A stretch of 60,330 bases of DNA, counting the filler, from Sphacelaria rigidula (Eukaryota): assembly GCA_964200075.2 (NCBI GenBank). It is 10 parts of 10 records of this genome, joined end to end, with 100 filler letters (N's around TTAATTAATTAA, not from the genome) between each part and the next. Parts side by side here need not be neighbours in the genome. Positions count along the whole stretch, not along the records: positions 36,263 to 42,204 come from CAXNAA020023314.1; positions 42,305 to 48,246 come from CAXNAA020023315.1; positions 48,347 to 54,288 come from CAXNAA020023316.1; 7 more parts are not named here. One strand, 5' to 3'. Below are positions 37,403-50,976 of this stretch, in pieces. Position 1 is the first letter of the stretch. The number at the start of each line of letters is the position of its first letter. The notes below the pieces were generated by a model. The model made no database searches. It worked only from the letters and a program-made list of their open reading frames with translations, and was not told the origin of the DNA. The translations under genes and the position numbers were made by a program.

Positions 37403-39505
37403 CTGGTGGCTTTAGAAACGAACGTGGTTTTTCGATTGTATGCACGTGACGTTTGAGCAATTGCGTTGCAATTGGAGGGGGCTGGTTGTATGCCGGTATT
37501 ATCGATTAACAGGCTAAGGAATCTGTGAGACCCTGCAGTAAATATATATATATATATGGCGAACTTGGCGAATTTTACGGAACATAAAATCGTGTAGTCG
37601 ACAAACTTTGCCGGGGAAAGTTGGGTGAGCAACACCTCGGTCAAGAAGCTTGTGCATTTCTTTTCTGATCATGCGGCGTTCTCATGGTGGGAAACCGCGT
37701 TAATTTGTGGCAAAGGGTGTGCACGCGAGACAACAACCAGCAAAAATATGGGACTCGTGCTTCGCCCCCCCCGAGGGGGTTCAGCGACCACATCGGCGGA
37801 ATGAGTGTCTGAAAACCATATGTAGGGTCTGTAGGAAATGTCAAAGACACGGTATGTGGTCGCGCAGTCACCTTGCATGGTACGCTAGACATGAAGGGCA
37901 AAAAGATAAAGCAGGGCCGCCAAGTCTGCGTACTGCATAAGTAATGACAAGACATTGCACGAAAATATTTGGCAGTCACCTTGCATGGTACGCTAGACAT
38001 GAAGGGCAAAAAGATAGAGCAGGGCAACTACGTACGTCTGCGTGCTGGATAAGTGATGACAAGGCAATCCACGGGAAGATGAGTGGCAGCATGATATCGA
38101 AAAACAAGTTTGAAGCAACTGAACAATGTATTATCCAACTACGGTACCGCGAAGGAACAAGGTATTATCCAACTACGGTACAGGGTGCGTCAAGAAGTCA
38201 ACCTGATCAATAGCAAACCATACAATCGATTACCAGTGTGGGATAAAATGGGGATCCTATTTAGTGGCACCAAGGTAATGACCGTGCTACCAAAATGCTT
38301 TGAAAAAGTATCCACGATTAGCTAAACCAAACCAAATTGCGGACACTCCATAAAAAGGTACCCAGTATTAGCTAAACCAAACCAAATTGCAGACACTCCA
38401 CGCGGGAACATACCGTCATTGGCAAACCGTTCAGTGTTTCCTATGTGTCCTCCCCAACGCAATGACGTTTAGCGCCGGTTCCCTCCTCGGGATGCGACAC
38501 ACTCAGGACAAGAGTGTGGGTGAAACAAGGGCGGAAGTAATAGAGGGCGTGGTTAGTATACGTTGGAAGTCTTGGGGTACATAAAAATATGGCTCGGTTT
38601 TATCCCACGTGATGGAGATCGAAATGTCGTGTGCCGGGCGGTAAATTCGGCGTTTCGGCCTTGCGAGCCAGATAGATGAAACGATTATCAGCGGAATCCT
38701 GCTCAAGCATGATGAGTACAGGCGGCGCAACAGACAAGGCCTGGGCCCTGCAGATAGCCTACACCCGCATGGTCAAAGAAAAACATCGCGAGCGCCAAAC
38801 ACAAATACAAAATTACCAGAACATAAAATGAAAAATAGTGCAGCTCGAAAAGAGCAAGACGACGGCGGCGTAAATGATGAGACAATCAAAATAAAATACA
38901 AAAATTCCAGAACATGAAATGAAAAATAATGCAGGTCGAAAGAGCAAGACGGCGGCGGCGCAAAATTACACAGCACTCAAAATACAATCGAGGGGCTCAA
39001 AAGACAGTTATGGTGGACGCGACACCCGGAGATGCAAACACTATGAGTATGTAAGATGAAAGAAAAGCAAACAAAATCGACATAAAATGGAAGCTTTAGG
39101 GCATGTGAATTCCACAAATCCGCATGGCCACAATAAAAATGCAACCCCGGAAACAAAGTATATACTGATCATGGTGGGTTGTTTTGCAATAAAACTACCA
39201 GGATAATATAGAGAATGTCTAGAACACGATCATTGCTGGTTAGGTACAGCGATGATATTAATTTGGCTGACCAGGTGTAGATCAGGCGAAGGTGATACAA
39301 TGCACGCAACAATGACAAAACAAAAACTGTGCGATCAGATCGGAGCAAGGTTCATCAAGAACATGAGGGCGGAAAATGCCCGTGCACATGGCAACATGCG
39401 ATGTGATAGTGAGCGAGAAAAATGCAGCCGGCAGTAGGCGGTAGAGGCAAAAACACAACAAGCGGGAAAATAACAGCCAACCAGGGTAGCAGAAAGCACG
39501 GTGGA

Positions 39506-39741
39506 AACAGCAGCAGCAGCAGCAACATACAACAACAACAACAGCAGCAGCAGTAATAGGCAACAGCGACAATAGACAACAACAGCAGCAGCAGCAGCAG
39601 ACAGCAACAGCAACAGCAACAGCAACAACAACAACAACCACAACAGCAAGAACAGCAGTAATAGGCAACAGCGACAACAGACAACAGAAAACAACAACAG
39701 CAGCAGCAACAACACAGCAGCAGCAGCAGCAACAACAACAT

Positions 39742-39777
<36 letters not shown>

Positions 39778-39803
39778 CAGCAACAGCAGACAGCAACAAC
39801 AAC
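39506..39803. repeat. Compound (CAG)/(CAA)/(CAGCAA) microsatellite
   Basis: Directly visible. Confidence 0.95.
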
Positions 39804-41779
39804 ACGGCTACACAGCTTCCGCAGCTATCTGGAGCCTGATGCCCCGAAGCGCCCCGACGTAATTGTAGGCCCTCTGGTTCGTTGACTCGTGCAATCTCGT
39901 TCGACCTTTGTGCCTTTTATCAATTGTTTTGGCTAGGTTATTTCACTTTTGCTCCGGACGTCTGCAGTGGCGTGCTGATGAACCATCGCGGATGAGCTTG
40001 TGCATAAAGCCGTTCGTTGGTGGCGCACTGTGCGGGTTGCATGTAACGAAGTGCAATGCGGCGGGTACGGAGCACAGGGCACCCACGGGGCAAAACAAAC
40101 TACATAGCCCACGCTCAACTATTTATGCTCAACGTGCGTATGGTAGATAGACAGAACAAAAGAGTGCGAAGAGCCGAAGCAGCATTCCATCATACTACAC
40201 TGTACATACTCTCATTGTACACTGTACGTGCTCTCCAAACATCCCAGTGACACAAAGTCGTGAACTTCAAAAGCACTGTTTACTAGATGCTGAATTATGT
40301 TGCAGATAAGATACGCTATGGACACTACAATTTGTGAACAGGCACACTACTTACTCTATATAAAAGTAGTATTACTTTTCCTGATCCGACCCACACGCCA
40401 GCAAAACCCTCCACTCCGAAGGTTTGTCGTCGGAGCGTGCCAGTGTTGACTCTACACAAGCAAGGGCTGGACACCATGTCATGGTACGATACTTACCACC
40501 TGGGTAGGAAGATGCCAGTTCAGTGGGCACTGGGGCTAGCAGGCCCAAACACAATAATTAGTATCGAAGCCATCGAGTTCGACATTACCGAGTGTTGAGT
40601 CAGCCACCGCACCAGTGGTCAGGTGTCATGCCATGAGCCGGCTGCAGCATAACATGTGTTGTATGAAGGTCAGCCTTACATTTGTGAAGACAAGAGAATT
40701 CTCTGAGATAGCAGTCCATGATGGCGTAGATGCTCTTGTATTATTGGCGTACAGGCTAGCTTGTGCTTCGCTAGTTGAGATGTATAGTCCAAAACGCTGT
40801 GACCCGAAAGGGGCGGCCAGGTCAATTCAATCAAACAATGTAGTATGACCCATCAGGTACCAAGCATGACAAAGTATGACAAATGGAACCCAGTCGGCTG
40901 GAACATGATCAATAAATCTGTAACATCCCCCTAGCCATATTTATATGGCTACACACTAATGTATTGGAGGACTGGAAGGGCCAGAACAAAAACAACGCCT
41001 GTGCATCATACGCTTGAAAGTAAAACGAGGAAAACCTGCTGAATTACAGTACAGGGGAAAATTCGTTGCAGATCTAATGAAAAGGTGAACCCTGATGAGC
41101 AAGGGAAAAATCCATCCGTTAGGGAAGGAAAAAAATCTATAACGCCCTTTCCAACGGCAGAAACAGCAGACAAGTACGGTCGCTGTCGTTTTCCCGGGAT
41201 CTCAAACTGGAGAACGATCGGCTAGTTAGCATGATCGCGCGTCGACACCCTGGATCAGTCACACTGGATTCTAGGGTAGTGCGGGGCTTAAACCAGGCTA
41301 AAAACAACCTTTCCGCGAACTGATCAATAGTTACAGGAGTGCAGCTTTTAAGGGGTGCTCTTCTGTAACTACCGACACCTGTTCTACTGGAAATAGAGCC
41401 CACGCGCCTTGGCTCACACATGTGCCCGTATATCACCAAATGGGAAACAATCGATAACAAAGCGTCACAAGAAAAAGACAAGGAACGCTCGAAATTCATG
41501 ACTGAAGCGTACGGTAGCAGCAATATATAGTTACATATTTCCTTATTTCACTACCGTATTCCTCTCGCAATGATATCGTGTACCCCATCACACAACAGCC
41601 ATTCGTACACGTTCATGGCTGCCGTCTATTCTTTGGCTCCTCCGTTCCAGCGTGGGGCGCTAAACTTCCAAGCGAGATAGCTGTTTCCAGTCTCCATCTT
41701 CGTATCGTACTCGCCGAAAGAAATTCCCATAATCATACACGTGGTGCTTCAACTCCGCACTGCTGTAGCTTTTCCAGGA

Positions 41780-42134
41780 GGTAGCACCTGTGGCAAAAGC
41801 TTCAAGGCATCACTACGTGGGGAAGCGGGATGCTTCGAGTGCGATGGCGGGGTCGAAGAATCTGTGGGGTGATACAGGTGCAAAAGGCTCATGACGCAGT
41901 ATGGAGCAATGGGTTGTGGGAAAATCAACGAGGAACTGTGATCTAAGGAAAGGTGTGGACGATCAAGACGGAAGAAATGTGCCAAAAGTGCGACGGTGCT
42001 AGACAGGGAAATATCGAAATATTTTGATATTTTTGAAGGAGTCGTACCAGGATGTACGTTATCACCCTCTTTACTCGAGGTATTATTTGATGACCTGATG
42101 CAAGCATGAGACATGGCAAAGTAAGGGGTAAAAA
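41780..42134 (+). pseudogene. LINE reverse transcriptase remnant
   Basis: CAKSATVLDREISKYFDIFEGVVPGCTLSPSLLEVLFDDL matches the non-LTR RT GVxQGxxLSPxLF motif; frameshifted. Confidence 0.75.
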
Positions 42135-45100
42135 TAACAGCCGATCCTAGTTTTTGGGGTTGAAACAAAATATGAGGTTGAAGTCCCATCCCTCCATTGC
42201 AGGGNNNNNNNNNNNNNNNNNNNNNNNNNNNNNNNNNNNNNNNNNNNNTTAATTAATTAANNNNNNNNNNNNNNNNNNNNNNNNNNNNNNNNNNNNNNNN
42301 NNNNCCCCGAGCGATGTGCGTGAAAAATCCGGAGTGTAAACGGTCTAAATGGCGTGTTTGGCTGTTTTCGAATTTATGGCCATTTTTCGTGCCTTCCATG
42401 GGCAAAAAACAAGAAGATACATTTTTTTTCAATCATTGGGCCATAGCCTAAAATGGAAATAATGTGAAGGAAAAAAGACCTCGTACTTCACAAAAACAAA
42501 GTTCAAGAAACGGACATACGAACAACGACAATAATTCACGCTCTGTACATGATGCAACAGTAGGACACCTCCATCAAGGCTTGTTGAGTGCGTTTGGATA
42601 ATGACAATCACGTAGAAAAATGTGCCGACTCGTACTACGTGCAATACCATAGAACGAACGAACGCGCGATTAAAAAAAAACACTGCCACCGTCATCACCT
42701 CCAATACCTCCCAGATGATCAGACATTTAATCTTGCCGAGGTGGAATCAAGCTCAACTAAAAAGGTGGAATGGATATCCCCCGAAAAAGGTGAAGAGATA
42801 GGAAGACAAAGGAAAAAGTACAAGAGAACAAGAGAAGAGAAAAACAAGGAAAACGAAAAAAAGAGATGAAAGAAAAAGAAGGAAAAAGTGGTTCCATCCC
42901 GGCCTTGAAAAAACTTCTTTCATCCACCACAACAGTCCCCCCCCGTCCCTCCCCCCGTCTCACAGCAGAGCGCATGCACACCTTGTCCTGCTTTTTCCCC
43001 CCTCCGCCCCCGCTACCCGCCCCGCTCGTCCCACCGTTCGCATCTCCCGCAGACGGCCAAGATCCAACGCTGGCAGAGTCGTCGCCGCACTCGGCCGCAG
43101 CGCCGCCCCTCCGCCTCGGCGACTTGGCCGCCCCCGGTGAAGCGGGGCTTCTGTTCGGGGTCTTTCCGTGGTGGCGGTGGTGTGATCCGTGTTGGCGGTT
43201 GTGTGATCCCTAAAGTAATACAGTACATGTGGGTCAAGGCTAGGGTTAAGGCCACAGTGAGGGCTCTGGGGTGGGGTATAGTTTCTCGAGGCCACGGTTA
43301 AGGCTCGGGTTGAAGGTAGAGGTAGGAACTGGTTCGTACCAGTGATTTGTGTGTCACATTTGACACCAGTTGGGCCCATTGTTATCCAAAAAAACAATCT
43401 CCTAGAGAAGCCCTGGGACTTCAGATAAATATCCAAATGGCCCAGAGGATGGCTGTCGTTCTTTTCGACTCCTTCCGTTCCTCTTAGAACTCTCATGACG
43501 GACCACAGCGCTGCTCAGCTCGTAGTTGGCTCGCCTTCGACGTCCTGAGGACACCACTCACGCCAACCCACGACGCTTTCTACTATCCGACATGACCCAG
43601 GGTGTTGTCGCGAGCAAGGTTTTCCCGATCACTCTCGAGGATAACACCCCCAAGTGCTGGGTTGCAGCATCCCAGTTGTTTGGACTTTGCCCAAACGCGA
43701 AGATACGGAGAAAAAAAATCAAACCGCTTTATTTTCAGGCACGTCCGGACCGAGAGTCCAAAAGCTCGAGAAATTCGGAGATATCCGAAAAACCAGTGTC
43801 GATAATAGTACACCTTACAGCCATCAGTTTAAACTGGACTACTGGCGGGCGGACAACCAAAGTACTACTCTTCATTAGTGTGCTGATCTGGATCATGATA
43901 GTTTGCTTCGCCCCCTGTTCTCATGTTTGCTTCCTACAGCGCTGCACGCCGAGCACGCTGAGTAGCGCGAAGGGTACACTTCGGATTTCTCTGACCGAAC
44001 CCGCGGTCAAGTTTTTTTTTTTGTGGACCAACTGATCTGGGAGTCAGTCCTTTGATGACTCGTCTTCGATGGCTAGCTCATGACCTGTCCGACATGCGAA
44101 GCCATGTTGAGATCTAGACTATGAGTAACGCACGTCGACCACGCATCCGATGCAACAACGACAAAAAAGCATTCAACACGCGTACATTGCTGCCATAACT
44201 GCTGTCATATGAGCTGCTGTTGATAATACTGTGGGAGGGATGCGCTGTCTGCGATCTTTGCGTTCATGCCTAGAGGGTGTTTGCATGACTCGTCGACGAT
44301 TCCCAAGGGTGCTTGCAGCACCACAACAGATCGGGGGATATCAATTGGAACATGATGATTACCAGCCAAGAAACGCTTTGGAATATGAAATGGGTTGAGT
44401 CAAGAAGAAATTATTTTAATCACAGAAGTCGCCAGCTTCAACTACGTTTCATCAGTCTTAACCGGTAGCCAGGTCATGAGTCTACAACACTTGAGTACTA
44501 CAAAATTTGTATGACATCCAAAATTAAACCCAAGCTGTATAATATATCCAACGTTACCGGATCTCGTTAACTTTTAACAAAATCAAGTATTATGTCAAAC
44601 CCCCCCCCCCCCCCCCTGGTCATCATCAGGGAACGAACAGGGGGATGGGGGTGGGGAGAGAACGCTTCGCTGAATTCCAGACATACACACGCCCTTGCGC
44701 CTGCATTCCAAAACTTAAAACTCACGTGCGCGTGGTTGCTGGGCGAACCGAGCGTACCGCCTCCGTCCGTGGATTGAAGCGAGATTTCCGCGGACAAAAG
44801 CTCGGAACTAGCACCTTAAAAAGCGAGTCATTTCGGTCAAAATCACAACAGGCGGGCGCGCACGAGGGTCGAGCATGGAGAGGCGGTATTCCCCATCTCA
44901 GCATGCCGTAGTGGTAACAAAGTGGGCAATCCAAGTATTTTCAAGTGACCGGCCATACGCCCCCCTATCGGTGGCCTAAACTTCGACCTTAATCCTCACC
45001 TCCTCTCATTCTTGTTATCGTCATACTTTTAAACCGTCCCCTTCCTCGTGATGAGTCCCTAGTTTGACGGGATCCGGTACCCCGCTCCCCCATACCCGCC

Positions 45101-46789
45101 TGACCTCGGTTGTTGTTGAAATATCTCATGGTTCAGAGTTATAGTGAGGTTTGAAACTTGAAATCTGTTCATAGATGTTCATTTATTCATTCATTTTTTG
45201 GAGGGGGAGGGGGTCAGGCATGATTTAACCCTAATGCGGACCCTCATCGTAAGCCTCAAGTGTACGCCAAGATGCCACTATCTTTTACTTCCACAGCAGC
45301 ATTTCGTCTCATCTACATAACCAGGTTCCAAGCGTTCGGTTGTGTGTGCTCATGATCATGCATGCCATAATCAGAATACCTTTGACCTCGTATCCCTACA
45401 AGGCCGGGAGGGAGCACGCCGGGTTTTCGCNNNNNNNNNCCCCCAAGCGCGAAGCGCCGTGGTGTGGTCGGCGAGTCGCATGAAGGGTGAGCTGCACCCT
45501 GCTAAGATTGTTCTGCCCGAAGCGTACTGATTATCTTGCATATGGATGACAGCTACAATGAACTGCTCCACTTTCTGGTATCACCACTTCCAGAGACAGC
45601 CAAGGCTTATACACAGCGTTCGTATGGGCGGGATACATGAGAGACTCTCGGGGTGAAGTGACGACCGAACTCGCAGTCAAACGTTCGCCTATCCCTTTTT
45701 CGGGCTGGAGATGCCGCAGATTTGCCCCGGATCAACCACTGAAGATGTACGTATGTCATGCACGAGTTGCCTTCATATACCGTTCGACCGCCAGGGGGGG
45801 GGGAATCATGTGAGTCTTACTCGCCGATCTTTCCCGCGAAGAACAAATCCCAAGTCAACAGGTCGTCCACCCACCCTTGTGGTCACCGGGTTGAACGGCG
45901 TACAGCAACGTATCAGGGGTCGGGGGGTCACTATAACGCCATTAAGGACTGTTCCCGGATCTTGGAACACAAATGAGACATGCTCACAGTTAATATAGCA
46001 CCGGGTGTCCCCGCCGTTTCCAACTCAGTAGAGTTTGTACCGGTTCAGCGCTACTCGATCCATGGTTGATAGTAGAGAGTTTTGGAAAACGCTTTTTTGT
46101 CATCTCAGAGTGAAAATATCTCAGGATCAGAGTTCGGAGTTGAAAAAAAAAACTCGTCAAAAAAGAATTGAGGGGGTACCACATTTGACGGAGGGGGACA
46201 GGATTTTTCGTTGCACTCTGATTCTGAGATATTTCCTCTGTGAAAGACAAAAAAAAAGCGTTTTCCGAAACTCTCTGATTAGTTGATTTGAGTGGGAACA
46301 AAGATATTCGGATACTTGGAGAGGTTGACAGTCCACAGTGCTTCTACTCGTCTGGCGTGCGCAGAACGCCAGTTTGTCCAACTCCGCACCACAGACTCGA
46401 GGTCTGCCAACTTGCACTTTGACCAGGGCCCCGAGTGTTTCATGTCTTGGGTACCCTTGATGCAAACAGTACCGTCTGTTGACCAACACGATACGACTCA
46501 CGCAGCACCTGCTCCGAGTCGATAGCCCGTCAACCAAAAGCAGTGCAGCTTTTCCTTGATCATTACACCCGGCGCAGTAGCTAGCACAAGTGGAGAAACA
46601 ACACACACTCCACCTCAGCAATTCCGGTTCATATTAAGGACGCCAACCTAGTGGAGGGTTCTTCAACAATCCTCCACCGGAATCGTACATGGATGCATGC
46701 TGTTTCCATATATATTTTACATGAAACCCATGCGTGTCCCTTGCTACTTTCAAAAGGTGGGATGTGCCCAGCCTCCAGGATCCTATTGT

Positions 46790-47075
46790 CTACAGTAGAC
46801 AAAATAGACAAACGACACTTTCTACAAGAGTCCCCCCCCCCCCAAAAAAAAAGTGCCGGGTTTGCGGAGGCAAAGTCTTCACGTGAATCGAAATAGAAAA
46901 GGTCGAGTACGACGAGCAGCTGGGAATCCCGACGCTTAGGTTCGTTCTCGCCAATATCGCCCATATGAGGCATATCATGCAGCCTGAACCCAGACATCAG
47001 GCGCTGTATGACCATTTCTTCGTAACACTTCTGGGCTGTTTTTTTTTTTTTGGGGGGGGGGGGGCTATCGTCGAA
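46790..47075. repeat. Unclassified interspersed repeat with internal T-run/G-run; copies at ~47935-48178, ~48750-48990 (inverted), ~52370-52610
   Basis: Shared TCGCCCATATGA...TGTATGGCCATTT...TTTTGGG...GGGGGGGG. Confidence 0.65.
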
Positions 47076-47201
47076 AGTGTTCAACCTTTTGAACCTACTC
47101 GCATCCGTCAACTCTCAGTACTGATATCTGCTCTAGGGAAAACTAGTCCGGTCATCACCCCTACAGTATCAAAAGGGATATATACTTCACCTGATGGACC
47201 C

Positions 47202-47413
47202 ATGCTCGTAGCTGCACATGCCGATCCTTGTGGGAGACAACATCCCACACTGCCCCACCCACCGAGTGGTGTTTCCTCGAGTGGTGTTTCCTCAGCACGA
47301 TATACATCGGTACAGCCGCTGACGTATATCGGTGCTGGGGAAACGTCAGTCGGTGGGTGAGGTAGTGTGCGATCTGGTCTCCCACAACGATCGGCATCTG
47401 CAGCTACGAGCAT
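47202..47413. repeat. 212-bp foldback hairpin
   Basis: ATGCTCGTAGCTGCA...CACGATATAC pairs with GTATATCGGTG...TGCAGCTACGAGCAT; loop ~18 nt. Confidence 0.85.
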
Positions 47414-48459
47414 CCAGACAAAATGTGGTCAAATCGTTTAGACAAAAAAAATGTGAGTACTGCGTAGCCTTTAGACCCATTGCAACTATTATCGGACGGA
47501 ACTTTGCGCCGTACATTTTTATTTGTTTAAATTGTAACCAGTGATCACGTAGACCGCATGCCATTTTTTTCGCCAGTGCGTGCATTATTTTCGAAAAATG
47601 TGTCGACCATGGATGGATAGAGGGGCGCCGAACTGGGACAAACCCACCTCTCACGTACGTTGAAGTGAATTGATCGTCAATTTTACACGGTTGAAACACA
47701 CCTGCTGGGTTTCTGTTGAACCCCGACACTAACCTTACATCAAGGCATGTCGAGAACATTCGGACAAGAGGGGGGATGCAGACGGTGGCCCCGCAGAGTG
47801 TGCGTTGGCACACAGCTCAAAGCGTCGCCGGAGGCATCGATTTGAGCAAAAACGTCTCCTGCGCGGGCTGCCAGAAGTACCCGGGACTGTCAGCCCTCGA
47901 AAGATCCGAATATGATACGATAGTGTAAAGACGCTTTCCGAGATAGCCGTCCCCCCTAACAAAGTGGCCGGCTTGGGCAAGCAAAATCTACACGTACCTC
48001 GAAATGAAAAAGCTGAGCATAACGAGCTGCGATTTCCCACGCTTGGGTTTGTTTTTGCTATTGTCGCCCATATGAAGCGCTTCATGTGGCCTAACACCAA
48101 ACATGAAGTGTTGTATGGCCATTTTTTTCGTGATAGTTTTGGGCTGGCTTTTTTTTTTTTGGGGGGGGGGGGGTACCCATGATCATGATATATTGAAGAG
48201 TGTCCAAACTTGCACAAGAAATATATTTTTTCAAACCGTGGGTTTTNNNNNNNNNNNNNNNNNNNNNNNNNNNNNNNNNNNNNNNNNNNNTTAATTAATT
48301 AANNNNNNNNNNNNNNNNNNNNNNNNNNNNNNNNNNNNNNNNNNNNTCACGAGTCGACTCATCATACTAAAACCAAGTAATTTCCAGACGAATCATTTTT
48401 GTCCGACCCTTGAAAGTTTTGCCGATGAGTGTTCTTGTTTTTTTCCCGTGAACCAGCCT

Positions 48460-48661
48460 ATACTAGGAGATAGATGGTGGTCACAGACGGCGAAACAGAA
48501 CGGGGACAAGACATGTGAACGGGCTTTGTGTAATGTATGGAAGAAACGTCTTGAGCGCCTCAATGCTGGAGGCGTCTCGATTACGAGTGGGAACGGTGCT
48601 CCGTCTCGGAAGGGATGCGTGTTCAATGGTCAAACGACTAAGGCAAGCAGCAAATGAGTAC
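48460..48661 (+). mobile_element. LINE family A 3' fragment; other copies at ~52225-52355(+), 54389-54445(+), ~56840-57120(-), ~60190-60330(-)
   Basis: Encodes LGDRWW...GCVFNGQTTKASSK*, the same C-terminus as the longer copy at 50977-52075. Confidence 0.8.
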
Positions 48662-50976
48662 CCCTCCCCCCCCCCCCTCCCCCCAAAACCAGCGAGGTCA
48701 ATGGTCTTATGACTATGGCAAGCATGATCATGAGTACACCCCCCCCCTCCCCCCAAAACCAGCCCTAAAACTGCCATAAAGGAAATGGCCATATAGTGTT
48801 TGATCGCTGATCTTACACTTCATGAAGCGCCTCACATGGGCGACACCGGTGAAACTGATCTCAAGCGTGGGAGTTCCCAGCTGCTTGGTGCGGTCGGCTT
48901 CTGTCGTTTTGATTCGCCTGAAGATTTTGTCTCCCCAGACCCGCCACTTTTCTGGAGGGAGGGGTCCATTGCGGCATCACTCTGATAGCACACAATGCAG
49001 CGGCAGCTATATCGTGCACCAAATGTGAACCGTGGCATGTATCATCCTGGCGGGCGCCCCCATCTTGAGGTGAAAAGTCGCGGCCCGGAGGTATAACGAG
49101 TACTGGAAGCCGTAAGATCGAAAGCTTGTGTGTTCGATACCTGGGAGGTGCGTTTGTTTCGTTTTTCTGACGAGTATCTGATCCCGTCGTCAGAATCGTG
49201 CGGGTCGTGAGCCAGCAAGAAGGCATTTGTTTGTCGATAGGTCGACGCGGTGCGGGATTTTGCAATGATCGGACGAATCGTTCGCCGGTTCGAATCACTA
49301 GATCCACGAATTCTAAGGCCTGACGAGTCGAACGAGAGAATGCATTTGATCGCGGGAAAAAAACATCCCTCACGCAATTTTTTGTGCTAATTCACGTGCC
49401 TGCGGTACGCGTGCCTTGGGTGCAACGCTGAGACCAAAGCCTGAGGATTGATTCGTACGGCACAAATCAACTACATTGAAAGCAAGTATTTTTTAGATCT
49501 ATCATTATTCGTCCGACCCTTTGGATTTTGCTAATCCAATTCGCCTTATCCCCCCCCCCCACAAAAAAAATATACGCAAGGCGTGTACCCGGAAAGAGAG
49601 AGGGAGGGAGAGATGGGTTGGCATCTGTTGAGACGACGGGTCACATCCGCCCGGAGGACGAGGAGGGGGGTGGGGGGCGGGGGGATTGTGCCCAAGGTCA
49701 TGGTGCGAAGCAGCGTATATCGTGCCACTTGCGTCTCTAGTTGGGTTTGAAAGTTAGGATGGAGAGGTGACACCTCAGGCAGCGCCCCCCCCTCAGGTGG
49801 ACTGAGATGAACAAATGCCACATGTGGGATTCGAAGCAGCTCTTTTCTCGCTACCCAAGACTCGTTTTTTTTTTCATGTGGATGTCGGGCATCTATGTTG
49901 AACGCTGTTCCGGAGAACCCCTGACCGGTTTTGACCCTGCAGTCTATTGCGTGCAGAGTCAGTGCGTATGCTGCATGTTTTTGTTGAATACAACGTCAAA
50001 AAAAAGTCAGCGTGCCATCGCTCTCCACTGAACACAATCTCTTGCATGCTGCTGACTGATGTCTCTGCTCAGTGTTCGACATCAACACTACAGGCAAGCG
50101 TGAGAGATTTGCTGGCAACACATAAGGGGTCAGGCGGCCGACACAGACCACGAGCAGAAAAAAGAAAAAGTACGTTATTTGTGCTCGTGCTATCTAAGTT
50201 GGAAATGTCGTGGCCAGAATGAGAAATACGGCTCGATAGCGAAGTAGTCCATCTGTAGGGGGAGGTAACAAGTCGATCATTTTGATACCCGTGATTGGTC
50301 AGAATGGTCACTCCGCTCCTCTCGGGCCTCGTTCCTGGCTTATAATTTTCCGTGGGAAACTTCCAAACACACATGGTTGACTTGATGAGCATTTCGGGTG
50401 GTCTGCGAACAGGCCTACACCCCCTATCGAAAACCACCCCCGCGCCCCCTGGAAACCCCCCGGATGTCCCTGGACTGTCAGCTTGTGATACTGTTCCGAG
50501 GCGATGCTCGCTGTCTATAATGATTGGATGATCTGTTGAATTGGCATCAATCTCACGTGAAAAAAAATATGCATGATCGAGTTGGTCCACCCTCGCGGTT
50601 TAAGCGTTGAATGGGTGCTGTTTCATGGAGGAACTACCTAAAACCCTTGTAAATAGCGTCTTCTTCCATGTCTGGTACGCGTCGTGTGTCGCTTGCAACA
50701 TCGTGGGTAAAGTCGCCGAAGAGATCTAAGCCAATGGCTCCGACATATCCAACGGTCTCCGTCGCCGCTATTGGAAGATCGTTCAAGATTGAGCTTGAAT
50801 CCAAAATGCGGAGAAACGTAAAGTTGCAGTATCCGCCAGACTTGGAGACATTTCTTGACTCCCATCAATAGAAATGCTGTGGGTGAATGAATTTTCCTCT
50901 GCCGGTCATGGCCTGGTTGAATTCGTCGTTTTCAATCAGACGAAGGAGGAAGAGCACGTGGGGGGGGGGAGGGGGC

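Noticed and set aside
39282..39805. Poly-Cys/Leu/Ala ORFs (also 30164-30990 and 35520-35872)
   Set aside because: These are translations of microsatellites.
49320..49345. CTGACGAG as a hammerhead ribozyme core (also CTGATGAG at ~41092)
   Set aside because: There is no correctly placed stem II-GAAA or flanking stems.
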